A stretch of 36,831 nucleotides of DNA from Promethearchaeota archaeon (GCA_048939245.1 JBHLPR010000021.1:1-36831); one strand, 5' to 3'; counted from the stretch's first letter, positions 9,367 through 18,635 are shown. Program-made: numbers and translations. Notes: generated by a model not told the origin, from the letters alone.

Positions 9367-10821
9367 TTACACTTCTAATCGTCCCGGATGCATGATGCCA
9401 TTCGGATCCCATACTTCTTTGAGCTCTTTCAGCATTTTCACATACTCGGGCATCAACGGTTTCATTGCCGGCCAATGAATGAACGCATTGGGACGATAGT
9501 TTAGCCATCCTTTCTTGTGGGCGATTTTGGTGAAGTGTTTATCCCAGGCTTCTACTTGCTCATACCCTTTCTCAGTACGACTATCGAAGGTCGCGATAGG
9601 CATTGCAATACATTGGCGACCTTGTTCGATGCTCGCCACCCACATTACTGGTGGAATATCGAATTTCTCCATGGTCTCAACTGCGACACGTGAGACTTCA
9701 GCGCAATCTGCCCAGGGCGTATACCAGGTGATGAACACGAATCCTGCCCGGTGCATCGCATAAGGAACGGCGATGAGGTTAGGTTTGGTGAGTCGAACAG
9801 CTTTTGCACGTGGGTGGAGTTCCATGGGATCCACTTTGGCTCCGGTTTCTCGGATTTTCTTGGCTTCGTCTTCAATGATGTCTAATTGGCTTTGCATTTC
9901 TTTTTCAGTGTGCGCCCAGATTTCGTAGTTCATGAGCCATTCGGGAATGTAGTATTTCTTCTCACGCCATTCTTCGAGGGTAGTAGGTACTTCGCGTTCG
10001 TCTTTGCGACTGGGAACCAACCACCAGTTGCCCCCTTGGACCATGACACCCACTTCTTTCTTCAGAACCGCCATGGAATGGCTCTGCATGACCTCTGGCG
10101 TATCATAATCGTAGGCGACAAGGTCAATGTAGGGAGGATGGGGGACAATCCGGATTGCGGCTTTGGTAATAATGCCCATGGTGCCTTGTGCGCCTAGAAA
10201 TAGACCGGTGAAATCGGGACCCGGTCCCCAAGGATAATAGGGTTTGAAGTCTTTCAGGGCCCAGCTGCCTGTGTAGATAAGGTCTCCTCGTGGAAGGATG
10301 ACTTCAAGTCCGTTAATCATTCGGCCTTGGGGTCCGTATTTGCTGGTGACAAGGCTAAAACCTCGTTCTAAGGCATCGCCTATGAGTGTGGCACGTGGCG
10401 GAGCCCCATCGGGAACAGGTGGCGCCCATTCAGGGTGATGCTTACGGAAATAAGCCCAAACTTGCCCAGCAGTTACACCAGCCTCCACAACGACATATCG
10501 CGAATCCTCGTCAACTTCGATAATCTTATTTAATCGCACCAAGTCCAGGATGATGCCTTCTGGTTTCAGGGGTTGAGCGTAACCGCCACTTAAACCCCCT
10601 GAATACGGGCTTATCGGAATCTTGTATTTATTACAGAGTTTGACGATTTCTTGTGTCTCTTCGCGATTACCAGGTTTGACTATCGCTTCCGCGACTGCGG
10701 CTCGGATACCCATGACAGACCGAGCCATGTAACTATGGCGCATTGCAAGGTTTGTGGTAAGATGTTCAGAACCGACAATTTTGGTTGCTTCATCAACGAA
10801 TTTATCTATATTTCCAGGCAC
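9367..10821 (-). CDS. FAD-binding oxidoreductase (VAO/GlcD-type FAD-linked oxidase)
   Basis: FAD_binding_4 features (GIILDLVRLNKIIEVD, VEAGVT, GLEVILPRGDL, FLGAQGTMGIITK) and C-terminal WDPNGIMHPG. Confidence 0.9.
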   Translation of the reverse strand: MPGNIDKFVDEATKIVGSEHLTTNLAMRHSYMARSVMGIRAAVAEAIVKPGNREETQEIVKLCNKYKIPISPYSGGLSGGYAQPLKPEGIILDLVRLNKIIEVDEDSRYVVVEAGVTAGQVWAYFRKHHPEWAPPVPDGAPPRATLIGDALERGFSLVTSKYGPQGRMINGLEVILPRGDLIYTGSWALKDFKPYYPWGPGPDFTGLFLGAQGTMGIITKAAIRIVPHPPYIDLVAYDYDTPEVMQSHSMAVLKKEVGVMVQGGNWWLVPSRKDEREVPTTLEEWREKKYYIPEWLMNYEIWAHTEKEMQSQLDIIEDEAKKIRETGAKVDPMELHPRAKAVRLTKPNLIAVPYAMHRAGFVFITWYTPWADCAEVSRVAVETMEKFDIPPVMWVASIEQGRQCIAMPIATFDSRTEKGYEQVEAWDKHFTKIAHKKGWLNYRPNAFIHWPAMKPLMPEYVKMLKELKEVWDPNGIMHPGRLEV

Positions 10822-11106
10822 GCTAGAAGCCTCCGAGACAAGTATGGAACTAATGCCGACAAGGTGTTACAGCCTCTAAATAAGCGTTACAGTCGTTAGC
10901 CTTTTCTAATCCTGATCTGCACCTGCTTCTTCACTAGCTAAATATATTTCAAATATCTATCAAAATGAACAGGTTTGTAAAGTGGGGTCACTGGAGAGTT
11001 TAACCAACAGGAACAGTAAATAAGGGGAGCATGTGTTAATGGGAGCTCAATTCCAAGCCTTATACAAGAGGTTGGCTTTACTGGATAACGGCTCTGAGGT
11101 ATCACG

Positions 11107-13425
11107 ATGGGTATCTTTTCCACTTTTCTCAGCTTACACTGGTATGAACAAGTTGCAATTTCTTTAGTAATCGTTGCCGCCATTATCAGCCTGATTTATG
11201 CCGTCTGGCTCCGCCGCGATGTCCTCAAACACGACAAAGGCACCACCAAGATGCAAGAAGTGTGGAACGCTATCAAAGATGGAGCCAACGCTTACCTCCG
11301 TAAACAGCTCCGAACAATCCTCCCCATTATTGCCTTCCTCACTATCGTTCTCTTCTTCACCGTCTATATCGTCCCTCCCAGTCTTGAAGCCCTCGAAGTA
11401 TTTCCACCTAGTGAAGGCTATTCTTACCAGCAAGTTCAGCTCATCATCGCCACCGGACGTGCTATCGCCTTCGTCATGGGCGCATTAAGCTCACTCGCTG
11501 TTGGACAACTAGGAATGCGGATTGCCATCGAATCCAATATCCGTGTTGCATCCGCCTCTGGACGAAGCTATCGTGAAGCCCTCAAAATTGCTTATCATGG
11601 TGGCACCTTCACCGGCATGCTCACAGACGGCCTTGGACTCCTTGGGGGCACCATAATCTTCATCGCCTTCGGCGTCTCCGCGCCTGATGCCCTCCTCGGC
11701 TTCGGATTTGGTGGAACCCTCCTTGCTCTCTTCATGCGAATCGGTGGAGGAATATACACCAAAGCTGCAGATGTCGGCGCTGACCTCGTTGGCAAGGTTG
11801 AAGCCGGCCTCCCTGAAGATGACCCCCGCAACGCGGCCGTCATCGCCGACCTCGTTGGTGATAATGTCGGAGATTGTGCGGGGATGGCTGCTGATATCTT
11901 CGAATCCTATGAAGTCACCATTGTCTCCGCCCTAATACTCGGTGTTGCCCTCTACGTTGTTACCGGACATATCTTCTGGGTCGTCTTTCCACTCGTAGTC
12001 CGCGCTATCGGCGTCATTAGCAGCATCATCGGCACTTTCATGGTTGCGGTCTGGAGAACCGAAAAAGCCGAAAAAGCCATGTTCTACAGCTACGAGGTAA
12101 GCAGCGCGTTTACCATCATCGTCTCCTGTATCTTCTCCTATTTCTATACAGGCGATATTCGCCTTGGCATCCTCGTTGCTGTTGGCGTTCTTCTCGCCGT
12201 CAGCTTCAATCCACTCACCAACTACTTTACAAGCCATCGCCATCGCCCCGTCGAAGAAATTGTCGAACAAGCCAGTGGTGGACCCGCTACCATCGTTCTC
12301 AGCGGCATTAGCACAGGCTACGAGGCCGCTGTCTGGATCCTCCTCGTTATCGTCGCCACTTTCATCGCTGCCTTTCTCATTGCTCCCGAATTTGTCCTCT
12401 TCGGCATCGCACTCATTGGTATCGGAATGCTCTCGCATACAGGAAATAATGTGGCGATGGACAGTTATGGACCGATTGCCGATAATGCCGGTGGAATTGC
12501 CGAGCTAGTCGATATGCCACAGGATTCTCGGAAGATTTTGGCTGATTTGGATGCGGTTGGTAATACGACCAAGGCGATTACGAAGAATGTGGCGATTGCT
12601 TCTGCAGTAATTGCAGCAAGTGCTTTGTTTTATAGTTTCGTGGTGGATGTAGCACGGGCAGCTGTTGCTGCGGGAATACCCAATCCATTAGCGCTGGGGA
12701 TTCGAATTGATAATCCGCTAGTGTTGTCTGGATTGCTGATTGGTGCTGCGCTACCTTGGTTATTCTCAGCATTAGCGATTCGTGCAGTGAGTCGGGCTTC
12801 GTCACAAATCATCGATGAGGTACGTGAGCAGTTCAAAATCCCTGGAGTGATGGAGGGGACGGTGAAGCCGCATTATGACCGTGTGGTGTCCATTACTACA
12901 GCTGCTGCTCAGAAAGAACTCATCAGTTTAACTATTCTCTCGGTGATTACTCCAATCGTGATTGGGCTCTTATTGCAGGTTGAAGCCTTGGGTGGATTCC
13001 TTTCAGGGCTTATTGCTTCCGGGTTACTCCTTGCGGTCTATATGTCGGTTGCGGGTGGCGCTTGGGATAATGCGAAGAAGTATATTGAAAATGAGGCGTG
13101 TGTGCCCGAGGAAGGAACTGGGAAAGGTTCGGAGCGCCATAAGGCAGCAGTGTGTGGGGATACAATTGGTGATCCGTTAAAAGACACTGCTGGTCCTGCG
13201 TTGAATCCGATGATTAAAGTTGTCAATCTCATCAGCTTAATCGCTGCGCCAATCCTTATCGTGTATCGGTTTTATAACCCAGGTTGGCCACCAATTCCAG
13301 ATGTTCTACTATGGAATTTGATTATTGGCATCGTTGTCATCATCTTGGTTGCACTGTTGGTGTGGGCTTTCCGTCAAAGTCGTCGCTCCATCCCACCATT
13401 AGGGCAATGGGAGAGTAGCGATTAG
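11107..13425 (+). CDS. hppA: Membrane-bound proton-translocating pyrophosphatase (K+-independent signature)
   Basis: GGGIYTKAADVGADLVGKVE, EDDPRN, DNVGDCAGMAADIFESY, DSYGPIADNAGG, DAVGNTTKA, GGAWDNAKK, GDTIGDPLKDTAGP. Confidence 0.96.
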   Translation: MGIFSTFLSLHWYEQVAISLVIVAAIISLIYAVWLRRDVLKHDKGTTKMQEVWNAIKDGANAYLRKQLRTILPIIAFLTIVLFFTVYIVPPSLEALEVFPPSEGYSYQQVQLIIATGRAIAFVMGALSSLAVGQLGMRIAIESNIRVASASGRSYREALKIAYHGGTFTGMLTDGLGLLGGTIIFIAFGVSAPDALLGFGFGGTLLALFMRIGGGIYTKAADVGADLVGKVEAGLPEDDPRNAAVIADLVGDNVGDCAGMAADIFESYEVTIVSALILGVALYVVTGHIFWVVFPLVVRAIGVISSIIGTFMVAVWRTEKAEKAMFYSYEVSSAFTIIVSCIFSYFYTGDIRLGILVAVGVLLAVSFNPLTNYFTSHRHRPVEEIVEQASGGPATIVLSGISTGYEAAVWILLVIVATFIAAFLIAPEFVLFGIALIGIGMLSHTGNNVAMDSYGPIADNAGGIAELVDMPQDSRKILADLDAVGNTTKAITKNVAIASAVIAASALFYSFVVDVARAAVAAGIPNPLALGIRIDNPLVLSGLLIGAALPWLFSALAIRAVSRASSQIIDEVREQFKIPGVMEGTVKPHYDRVVSITTAAAQKELISLTILSVITPIVIGLLLQVEALGGFLSGLIASGLLLAVYMSVAGGAWDNAKKYIENEACVPEEGTGKGSERHKAAVCGDTIGDPLKDTAGPALNPMIKVVNLISLIAAPILIVYRFYNPGWPPIPDVLLWNLIIGIVVIILVALLVWAFRQSRRSIPPLGQWESSD

Positions 13426-13535
13426 TCTCTGACTCCAATCAAGGATACTGAACGGTTTCCATTAGAATGCAAAGGAACAGAAGACCCAAAAGTGGATATT
13501 CCCTATTTATGTTAGAGATACAAGAGGGTGTGTGA

Positions 13536-13715
13536 ATGTTATCTCAACCACGTTCCGTAATTATACTAATTTTCATGGGTATCGTGTTCATGGTTGCTGG
13601 TTTCGCGTTACTGTTGATTCCACTTTTGGGCTCTCAATCTTACGTGGCTTCGATTGTTTTGTTAACAATTGGAGTTCTTGCGTTGATTTTCGCTGGCTGT
13701 CTTAGTCGGCGGTGA
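13536..13715 (+). CDS. Small two-TM membrane protein (59 aa, not in the supplied ORF track)
   Basis: Hand translation MLSQPRSVIILIFMGIVFMVAGFALLLIPLLGSQSYVASIVLLTIGVLALIFAGCLSRR*, with GAGGGTG upstream. Confidence 0.6.
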   Translation: MLSQPRSVIILIFMGIVFMVAGFALLLIPLLGSQSYVASIVLLTIGVLALIFAGCLSRR

Positions 13716-13757
13716 TACTAGCGATTTGTGATTTGCTTTTTCAAAACAAGCTAGTGT

Positions 13758-13871
13758 TGGTCACTGGAGCCTTGGCGGATTAGACACCTCGAAGATAATG
13801 AAAACATCGGAGAGGGAATGGTTTTCTAGGGGGGAGAGAGGTGCCAACACTTGTCACCGCTCCAGTGACCA
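13758..13871 (-). ncRNA. Putative structured RNA or long hairpin element
   Basis: Perfect 13-bp inverted repeat (13758-13770/13859-13871) with nested stems. No family recognised. Confidence 0.3.
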
Positions 13872-14036
13872 CTGTAGTAACTAGAAAGGTGCTAGACCAA
13901 TCCTCAAATGGAAATTGCAACGGTAAAATATAAAGATATATCTTCCGGCTTTTAAGGCTAGGATTGTCAGCACGAGCTACACACTTTTAAGCGGGGTTCA
14001 TAACTAGTCGCCTCACCAAATTCAAGGCTGATATTC

Positions 14037-15311
14037 ATGGTCGATTTTGCCCTTTCGAAACGTGAACAGGAACTTCTTGACACTGCTATGGCCTTTTCCA
14101 AGAAGTGGATTGTGCCTTATGCCCGGGAACTCGAAGAAGCGGATGAGTTTCCTTGGGAACTCGCTCAGAAGGCTTTTGATGTGGGGCTCATGAACTCTCA
14201 TATCCCCAAAGAATATGGTGGACCCGCGCACTCGATGGTCGAAGAAACTCTCATCGGAGAAGGCATTGGTTACGGCGATGGCGGAATTGCCACCACCATC
14301 TTAGCCAATAACTTGGCACTCACGCCTCTTCTGATTACTGCGACTCCTGAGCAAATGAAGAAATATATTAAACCGTTCGCCACAGGGAAGAAACCTCAAT
14401 TTGCTTCCTTTTGTCTCACCGAACGTGAAGCTGGATCTGATGCTGCAGCGGTGAAAACCACGGCCACTAAAGATGGAGATGAGTGGGTTATCAATGGACG
14501 CAAATGCTTCAGCACCAATGGGCATGTCGCAAAATATCTGAGTGTATTCACAACTGTAGATCCCTCGTTGGGTTACAAGGGAATGGCTTTGCACATGGTG
14601 GAAAAAGACCTACCCGGCGTCGAGGTCGTCATGCTGGAAGACAAGCTTGGGCAACGAGCGTCCTTTCAAGCAGAAATTGAATTCAAGGATGTCCGTATTC
14701 CCGGTGATTGTCTCTTTGGCGAACTCGGTAAGGGCTTTAAATATGCTATGCAAACTCTTGACCGCACCCGTGCTGCCATCGCCGCCCTCGGTGTCGGTAT
14801 CGCCCAACGCGCCGTTGATGAAGCGGCGATTTTTGCTAACCATCGCAAGCAGTTTGGCAAACCAATCGGGGCATACCAGGGCATCAACTTTATGATTGCT
14901 GAAATGGAAGCCCGGGCTATGCACGCCCGGTGGGCAACGCGATATTCAGCGTGGCTTGTTGATCAGGGGCAAAGAAATACTAAGGAGTCGAGTTGTGCCA
15001 AATTCTTTGCAACCGATGCGGCTATGCAGAATACCTTAGATTGTATCCAAATTATGGGCGGTTATGGGTATTCCAAGGAATATCCAGCTGAACAGATGAT
15101 GCGTGGTGCGAAGCTCACTCAAATCTATGAAGGAACAAACGAGATTCAACGCTGGGTGGCGGGACAAGCCGTCTTGAAGGAGGCAAGAGTAACCGAACTG
15201 GATACCGGCTTTCGGCTCACGTTTTCGGGAAATGATTATCCGGATCCTTGGGGACCTCGTGAAGGTAAAGTGCCTGACTTATGGGGCAAGAAGAAATTAA
15301 AATCGAAATGA
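14037..15311 (+). CDS. Acyl-CoA dehydrogenase
   Basis: FCLTEREAGSD, WVINGRKCFSTNG, KLGQR, RKQFGKPIG, QIMGGYGYSKEYP, IYEGTNEIQR. Confidence 0.95.
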   Translation: MVDFALSKREQELLDTAMAFSKKWIVPYARELEEADEFPWELAQKAFDVGLMNSHIPKEYGGPAHSMVEETLIGEGIGYGDGGIATTILANNLALTPLLITATPEQMKKYIKPFATGKKPQFASFCLTEREAGSDAAAVKTTATKDGDEWVINGRKCFSTNGHVAKYLSVFTTVDPSLGYKGMALHMVEKDLPGVEVVMLEDKLGQRASFQAEIEFKDVRIPGDCLFGELGKGFKYAMQTLDRTRAAIAALGVGIAQRAVDEAAIFANHRKQFGKPIGAYQGINFMIAEMEARAMHARWATRYSAWLVDQGQRNTKESSCAKFFATDAAMQNTLDCIQIMGGYGYSKEYPAEQMMRGAKLTQIYEGTNEIQRWVAGQAVLKEARVTELDTGFRLTFSGNDYPDPWGPREGKVPDLWGKKKLKSK

Positions 15312-15427
15312 GAACCTCGATTCCAATTAACGTCGATTCTCCCTCTAATTAAAATAAAAAGATGGAGCCGACATCCACAATTTCTGGTGTCGACTCGATT
15401 AGAAGCTCTGCGGTTAGGGGGTGTTTC

Positions 15428-16393
15428 TTACTCCTTCTTCCTTCGACGTTCCTGCTGTACGGGAGCTGGTTGATTGGCACCAACCAGACCTGCAAGCCCC
15501 ATGATTTCGCCTCTAACCATATCCATGGGGATAGCAAAGACGATGGTATTACTTTGGTCGAAGCTGATATCCTCGAGGCTAGAAAGGGTTCGTAGGTAAA
15601 GTGCTTGTGTGCTCATCTTTTGGACCGCTTCTTCGAGGTTTTGAGCAGCTATGAGTTCACCTTCACTTTTAATGATGACGGCTCGACGTTCTCGTTCTGC
15701 TTCAGCTTGGCGGGCGATGACACGTTTCATGTCCGCCGGCAGTTCGATATTTTGCAGATTGACGCTGATGATATCTACGCCCCAATCCTGCACGTCTTTG
15801 TCAACTTGGAGCTTTATCCGTTCAGCGATTTGATCACGTTTTGCCAGGAGGTCATCGAGTTCCACATTACCAATTACATCGCGCATGGTGGTCTGTGCAT
15901 ATTGCACGGTGCTCAGTCTGACATCTTGGATATTGATGAGGCTTTTTGGTGTGTTGATGACTTTCATGAACACCACGGCATCAATCATGAGGCTGATGTT
16001 GTCTCGGGTCATCAGCTCCTGCTTCATCACATCCAGAGTCTGAATTCTGATATCCTGTCGGAGGAATCTTTCTACTGCAGGCCATTTGAAGAAGATTCCA
16101 GGTCCAACCAATCGGACGAATTTTCCGAAGCGCAAGACTATAGCTTCTTGCCATTGCTTGTTGATGGCAATGGTTGCAGGAACCATTATTAAGAATAGCA
16201 CTGCGAAAAATCCAAAGACGAAGGGGAAAACGATAGCGATGAAGCCGAGCATTGGTCCTAGAATTGGTATCGCGAATATTGCTAGAATGATAAATAGTAT
16301 TCCAAGGAATAAGAATGTAAATAACGGAAGCGGGGAGCCTCTATATTCATACATTCGTCGTTCTTCTTTGTCAGTAAGGGGGTCTTCTCCCAT
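15428..16393 (-). CDS. SPFH/band-7 (stomatin-like) membrane protein
   Basis: N-terminal TM hairpin, VLRFGKF..GPG, TRDNISLMIDAV, AQTTMRDVIG, RQAEAERERRA. Confidence 0.92.
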   Translation of the reverse strand: MGEDPLTDKEERRMYEYRGSPLPLFTFLFLGILFIILAIFAIPILGPMLGFIAIVFPFVFGFFAVLFLIMVPATIAINKQWQEAIVLRFGKFVRLVGPGIFFKWPAVERFLRQDIRIQTLDVMKQELMTRDNISLMIDAVVFMKVINTPKSLINIQDVRLSTVQYAQTTMRDVIGNVELDDLLAKRDQIAERIKLQVDKDVQDWGVDIISVNLQNIELPADMKRVIARQAEAERERRAVIIKSEGELIAAQNLEEAVQKMSTQALYLRTLSSLEDISFDQSNTIVFAIPMDMVRGEIMGLAGLVGANQPAPVQQERRRKKE

Positions 16394-16690
16394 GTTTTTT
16401 CACCATTGATAACCTATAACGCTCAATTGCTACTCGCGAATCTATGATTTAATTCCATGATTGGATAACAATTGACTACGTTATGGGCTTGAGGAATTAT
16501 TCTGTAATGGGACTATACGTTAATGAGCTAAATAAGCGTCATCTATGACGGTTCACTTGTAAGGTGTAGAATCCCACGCCAGGTTTGAATATCCCTCGTA
16601 CTAGACAGCACGAGTTCAGGCTTTTAAAATTAATGAGATTCTGCATAATCGTAGAAAGATGCGACGGGCTCCGCTTCATGCTTGGGGTGA

Positions 16691-16871
16691 TTAAAACAAT
16701 TGGTTAAAGATCAGCATAAAGAAGCCAATAATTGAAAAAAACGCTGTAAATACACCCCCTATCCACACAGCTGCAAATGACCCTAGACTGAAATTAATTA
16801 GTGTTACTGCTGCACTAAGACTTCCAAGAAAAACAAGCTCTTGCCAATTAAATGTGCCTCTCCAGTTTCAT
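16691..16871 (-). pseudogene. Frameshifted small membrane-protein gene
   Basis: 58 hydrophobic sense codons (NWRGTFNWQELVFLGSLSAAVTLINFSLGSFAAVWIGGVFTAFFSIIGFFMLIFNQLF*). The ATG at 16869-16871 is one base out of frame. Confidence 0.35.
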
Positions 16872-16924
16872 ACTCTTCACATCGATGCCTTTAGAGCTCA
16901 TCCTATTTTGGTAGAGCTTTCTTG

Positions 16925-16952
16925 TTCTGGAAAATGCTATTATGACACTTTT
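16925..16952 (+). repeat. dif-like direct repeat, copy 1 (TTCTGGAAAATGCTATTATGACACTTTT)
   Basis: 25/28 identical to 17813-17840. Confidence 0.7.
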
Positions 16953-17083
16953 GGGTCGGCGGACCCAACACATGCCGACATCGAACTGAGCAGAGACTAC
17001 TACCCATCATTTACAACATGCACGTGCTATTCACAAAGGCACTGCAAAGAATCTAGCTGTTCTAAACCGTAGATTCATAATTC

Positions 17084-17761
17084 ATGAAGGAAACACGTTA
17101 TTCGCAGGTTTGTATTTTGAAACTTGAGCCGGATAAAATTAAGACTGGAAACAGACAGCAACGCACAGCTTTTGCTAAAAAGATACCAACATGGATTTTC
17201 CTCATAATCCTTAGCACGATTATTCTATGCTACAACTGCAGCACAGCATTCTTAGCAAACCTCACATATCTCCCCCCAACTTTGTATAACCGAGTATACG
17301 ATTGCATGACCCTTGAAGGAGCAGGGGCTGCAGTCCTTGTTGGGATGTTCATCCTTTACCCCCCACAACTTTTCATGGCAACCATCCGGGGTCTTTTCCT
17401 GGGGGGAGTAGAGGGTGCCCTCTGTGGAATACTCGTAGCAATCTACTGCAGTTCAACCCGGCGACAGTTCCCCCTCCTCGGAGCCGTCGTGGGCAGCATC
17501 AGTGGAATGACCCTTGGCACCACCATCCTTCCCCTTTCTATGCGACTCAGCCTCACCACCTCTGCTACCCACTTCTTTGACCTCTATGCACTCGGAGGCA
17601 TCCACACCATTGAGATTGGCTGCCAGTACGGTGCCTATTCCCTTGCCCTCCTCTACACCAGCTACCTACCAATCCTCTTTCTCCTCAGCCTCATCGCCAT
17701 TGTTGGCACCGTACTCCTCCGCTTCATTGCAAATGCCATCAGCCACGTGGCCACGGACTAA
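17084..17761 (+). CDS. Hypothetical membrane protein lying between repeat copies 1 and 2
   Basis: 225-aa ORF with about 5 hydrophobic Gly-rich helices and a strongly C-rich 3' half. Confidence 0.7.
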   Translation: MKETRYSQVCILKLEPDKIKTGNRQQRTAFAKKIPTWIFLIILSTIILCYNCSTAFLANLTYLPPTLYNRVYDCMTLEGAGAAVLVGMFILYPPQLFMATIRGLFLGGVEGALCGILVAIYCSSTRRQFPLLGAVVGSISGMTLGTTILPLSMRLSLTTSATHFFDLYALGGIHTIEIGCQYGAYSLALLYTSYLPILFLLSLIAIVGTVLLRFIANAISHVATD

Positions 17762-17812
17762 AAGAGTCAAGAACCACCCACAAGCAAGCCCTAATTGATA
17801 ACAGTTCGTTTT

Positions 17813-17846
17813 TTCTGGATAAAGATATTATGACACTTTTTGCATG
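17813..17846 (+). repeat. dif-like direct repeat, copy 2 (TTCTGGATAAAGATATTATGACACTTTTTGCATG)
   Basis: Matches copy 1 over 28 bp and copy 3 over TATTnTGACACTTTT(T)GCATG. Confidence 0.7.
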
Positions 17847-18111
17847 GCGCAACTAGCACGGGTCTGCTATTAGATAAGGGGTAGAGGAGGCTCTGTATTC
17901 CCTAGCGAGGTTGCGTATGGTCGGTAGTATCGGGAGAATGTGAAGTTGGAGGGTCGGTAGTTGTTTCAAAATACACTTGTAAAGCTTCTTTTTTTAGATC
18001 AGTTTGAGAGGGTATTGCACTTTTCATCATCTTCATGGGCGCCAGATTGTCCGTAGGGATCGCTAGCGGTTACTATTGCCAAAGAGAAGAATAGAAAATT
18101 ACCGAGGATTT

Positions 18112-18504
18112 CTAAGGTCCTTCTATCTGGATGTTAAGCAGTTCAAGTTGTCTTATAAGACGTTGGGGTAAGTCGGGAGTAATGAGTTTTTCTTGGTCAT
18201 AGTCTTCAATTTCTTTAATACCACGAGAATATAAGTAAAGTCCGAGGTCAACACCAATCCCATTGATTTCTCTAGCAATAGGAAGGTTTTCTTCGGTTGC
18301 TTTTTCTAAGAATTGCGAATCTAAAGCCTTAGCAATTGATTTAGAGATTTCCAATTCATCTGTTGGGCGTCTGCATAACTTCGATATCTCTTTAGTATCA
18401 ATACTTCTCAAGTCTTCCAATGTAGTTACACCATGTTTTGCGAGTATGCTAGCTGTCGATTGGCCAATTCCCCAAATCTTTTTGAAATTTTTACGAGACT
18501 CGAT
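18112..18504 (-). CDS. Helix-hairpin-helix (HhH) DNA-binding domain protein
   Basis: Frame is open upstream of TTG 18420 as far as 18510. Two HhH-like motifs, IWGIGQSTASILAKHGV and INGIGVDLGLYLYSRGI. Start codon uncertain (ATC 18504 proposed). Confidence 0.65.
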   Translation of the reverse strand: MESRKNFKKIWGIGQSTASILAKHGVTTLEDLRSIDTKEISKLCRRPTDELEISKSIAKALDSQFLEKATEENLPIAREINGIGVDLGLYLYSRGIKEIEDYDQEKLITPDLPQRLIRQLELLNIQIEGP

Positions 18505-18635
18505 TTTCGTTCACTTCCTTTTGATAAGGATTTGTAAACACAAAAATCAGTGAAGAATAATTAGATGAATCTTCACCATTCCTAATCCTCAGCTAATTTA
18601 GTAATTTTCTTCAAGAAAAATCTTTTGGGTCTTTC

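Noticed and set aside
10938-11183. 81-aa minus-strand ORF
   Set aside because: Overlaps the hppA start and the divergent promoter region
13758-13871. 5S rRNA or H/ACA guide identity for the hairpin
   Set aside because: Lacks the conserved 5S CCGAAC loop. No K-turn motif, and the ACA is too far from the internal loop.
15605-16192. 195-aa + strand ORF and other ORFs overlapping known genes (e.g. 11932-12438, 32726-33091)
   Set aside because: Antisense or alternate-frame shadows of well-supported genes
16561-16585. GAATCCCACGCCA, resembling a tRNA 3' end or att remnant
   Set aside because: No TTCRA T-loop, and no cloverleaf could be built
16854-17072. 72-aa ORF
   Set aside because: Runs through repeat copy 1, with no RBS and no protein-like pattern
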